From the NCBI RefSeq assembly GCF_963921235.1, contig NC_086097.1, positions 159,342,001-159,406,000 on the forward strand: 64,000 bases of DNA, read 5' to 3'. How positions within the stretch are numbered: position 1 is the stretch's first letter; each line of letters begins with the position of its first letter. The notes beneath the pieces were generated by a model that worked only from the letters and a program-made list of their open reading frames with translations, did not search any database and was not told where the DNA came from. The translations under genes and the position numbers were made by a program. The DNA is from Mobula hypostoma (Eukaryota). Below are positions 62,340 through 64,000 of the stretch, piece after piece.

Positions 62340-62975
62340 TAGAAGAACATCTGTGTTAGGATATCAATAAGCTGCACCACCGCTTTTGCTTAGCTCTCAG
62401 ATGATCAATATTCGGGGTTAGTACCCAGATACCTCACAGTAATCTTGCCCACTCATTGCTCACAGTGCCCGTCTGTCACCCAGTAGAGAAAGAGAAAGAT
62501 CCAGAATTAGAGTAAGACTGCCATCAAGAAATCAGATATAAACCTCCATGACTTTGGCTACGATTCCAACCAACTTGGGCATTGAGTGACTGGAATGCAT
62601 TATCATTGAAAATCTACTTGGTGCAGTAGAGATAACGGTGCCAAAATGAAATCTCTAGAAGCACTTTGGAAGGCAACAGAGGTGCTAAGTTCTGGAGCTG
62701 TGTTGTCCTTCACTACTATTGGCAAAGGACTGTGTGGACTATATAGTATTCCATTCTTCCCCCATCAGGTGACAGATAAAATTGACGTCTCTCTGTTGAT
62801 GTGCTGCCTACAGAATTTGACCTATATACCTGGATATCCCTGGATAATTGCCCAGCAGAATGCAGCCCACAGTGCTGGAGTTTCATTAACAAGTGTCACA
62901 GACTTACTCCAGATACTTGGTAACTGGCATATTTGGGTTTCAGTAAATGAAAGTCAATTTCTATACGAAGACTAA
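62340..62975 (+). pseudogene. Heavily eroded Harbinger transposase fossil (tentative)
   Basis: GLYSIPFFPHQVTDKID, GYPWIIAQQNAAH, and S-R-Y-(1-nt shift)-GNWH...NESQ in Harbinger order. Confidence 0.4.
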
Positions 62976-63629
62976 GATTTTGACCAGCCTAAAGAGATGT
63001 AGAACCCTTCCACAAGAGAATAAGTTATGAGTTGTCAAATGGAAATGATGAAATATTTGTGATCAGTTCAGGTAGATAGAGCAGACATATTAAAATACCC
63101 CTGATATGATTTCAATTGTTAATGTCATGTCATTGATCATTATATCTAATTTTATAAGGATATTGTCACAGTTTAGCTGGTCAGCTTTTAATCAGGCTGT
63201 TAAATTCTACAACAGCTCAATTAATTTGATCTATCAAAAATGCATACAGTTCCCAGTAATATAGCTCTGGAGATTTTAATTTAGCCAATGTGCCCAACAT
63301 GTACAATTAAGCCTCAGCCAACACCCTAAGCAGTACCATATTTTAAATTCTTTGTAATTATCCTTTTGATTCTTCTTCCATCTGTAGGAAAGTTCAAACT
63401 CCAAGGACATAATATTCTCATTAATACAGACAGAAACAGCTTTGCTTCAGATTCTCAACTTTAGCTGAGAGAAAACAAATGACAATTAGAGCTAATCGAC
63501 AGAACAAATGGAGAACTGCTCATGTTATGTCACCTTCATTATAAAATGACAAGGTCACCCCAAACTTAATCATCTCCTTTAGTGTACGGATGATGCTTGC
63601 ATATGCAAATATTCACAGCTTGATCTCTA

Positions 63630-64000
63630 GGTCCATGGTGCTGTGATGGACGGGTCTGGCCCGGTTGCTGCACAATGTCCTACTCAGCTGGATGTTGCCA
63701 CACTACCTGTCCTTCATGGAGAAGTTCTTCTAGACCAACACCTTTGACCACCAGTCCACCAGGCAGTGGTCAGTACAGAACTTCCTGCAGACACAGCAGG
63801 AGATGGACTCGATGGGCACAGTGGAGGTAGCTCTTTGAGAAGACTATCTGGAACTTCTAGCAGAATTCTGCATCACCAGATCTCGCTATCAGGCAATAAG
63901 ACCTTCCCTGGCTGGCAGTCAGATGGGCCCTATCAGTTGCATCACTCCTGCTGCACACTGCCCCTGAGAGGACTGTAGGTGGGATGAGATGGTGGCTCAC
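63630..64000 (+). mobile_element. Tx1/L1-clade LINE ORF2 C-terminal fragment, runs off the window
   Basis: WMLPHYLSFMEKFF*TNTFDHQSTRQWSVQNFLQT, DLPWLAVRWAL, and HCP*EDCRWDEMVAH (start of a CCHC knuckle). Confidence 0.7.

Noticed and set aside
1..64000. CRISPR arrays, prokaryotic operons, rRNA, LTR/retroviral genes
   Set aside because: No regularly spaced repeat-spacer array, no gene-dense region, and no rRNA or gag/integrase motifs were seen.

Overview
This is eukaryotic, CpG-depleted, AT-rich vertebrate DNA in which I could not support any host protein-coding exon, so it is probably intergenic or deep intronic. The repeat repertoire suggests a cartilaginous fish, probably a ray or skate (inference). 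It includes CR1 LINEs with zinc-finger/SGNH-esterase ORF1, several Rex1/Babar LINE families, V-SINEs with CR1 tails, a CORE-SINE, a Deu-domain SINE, Penelope-like elements, Tc1 elements and a Tx1 fragment. Most ORFs in the track are TE fragments or their antisense shadows. The best-preserved element is a near full-length but disabled CR1 (15477-19692, minus). The main hidden structure: (1) a PIF/Harbinger (HARBI1-like) transposase fossil that reassembles once three younger insertions are removed (about 21030-23125); (2) several much more eroded stretches of apparently unique DNA that show Harbinger motifs in the expected order; (3) minimal hammerhead ribozyme motifs in Penelope terminal repeats; (4) inverted 5' segments in a Penelope copy and possibly a Rex copy; (5) a non-coding retroposon with a YY1-motif head; (6) a few enhancer-like unique blocks. 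All family calls come from manual motif recognition, not database searches, and boundaries are approximate unless a TSD or TIR is quoted.
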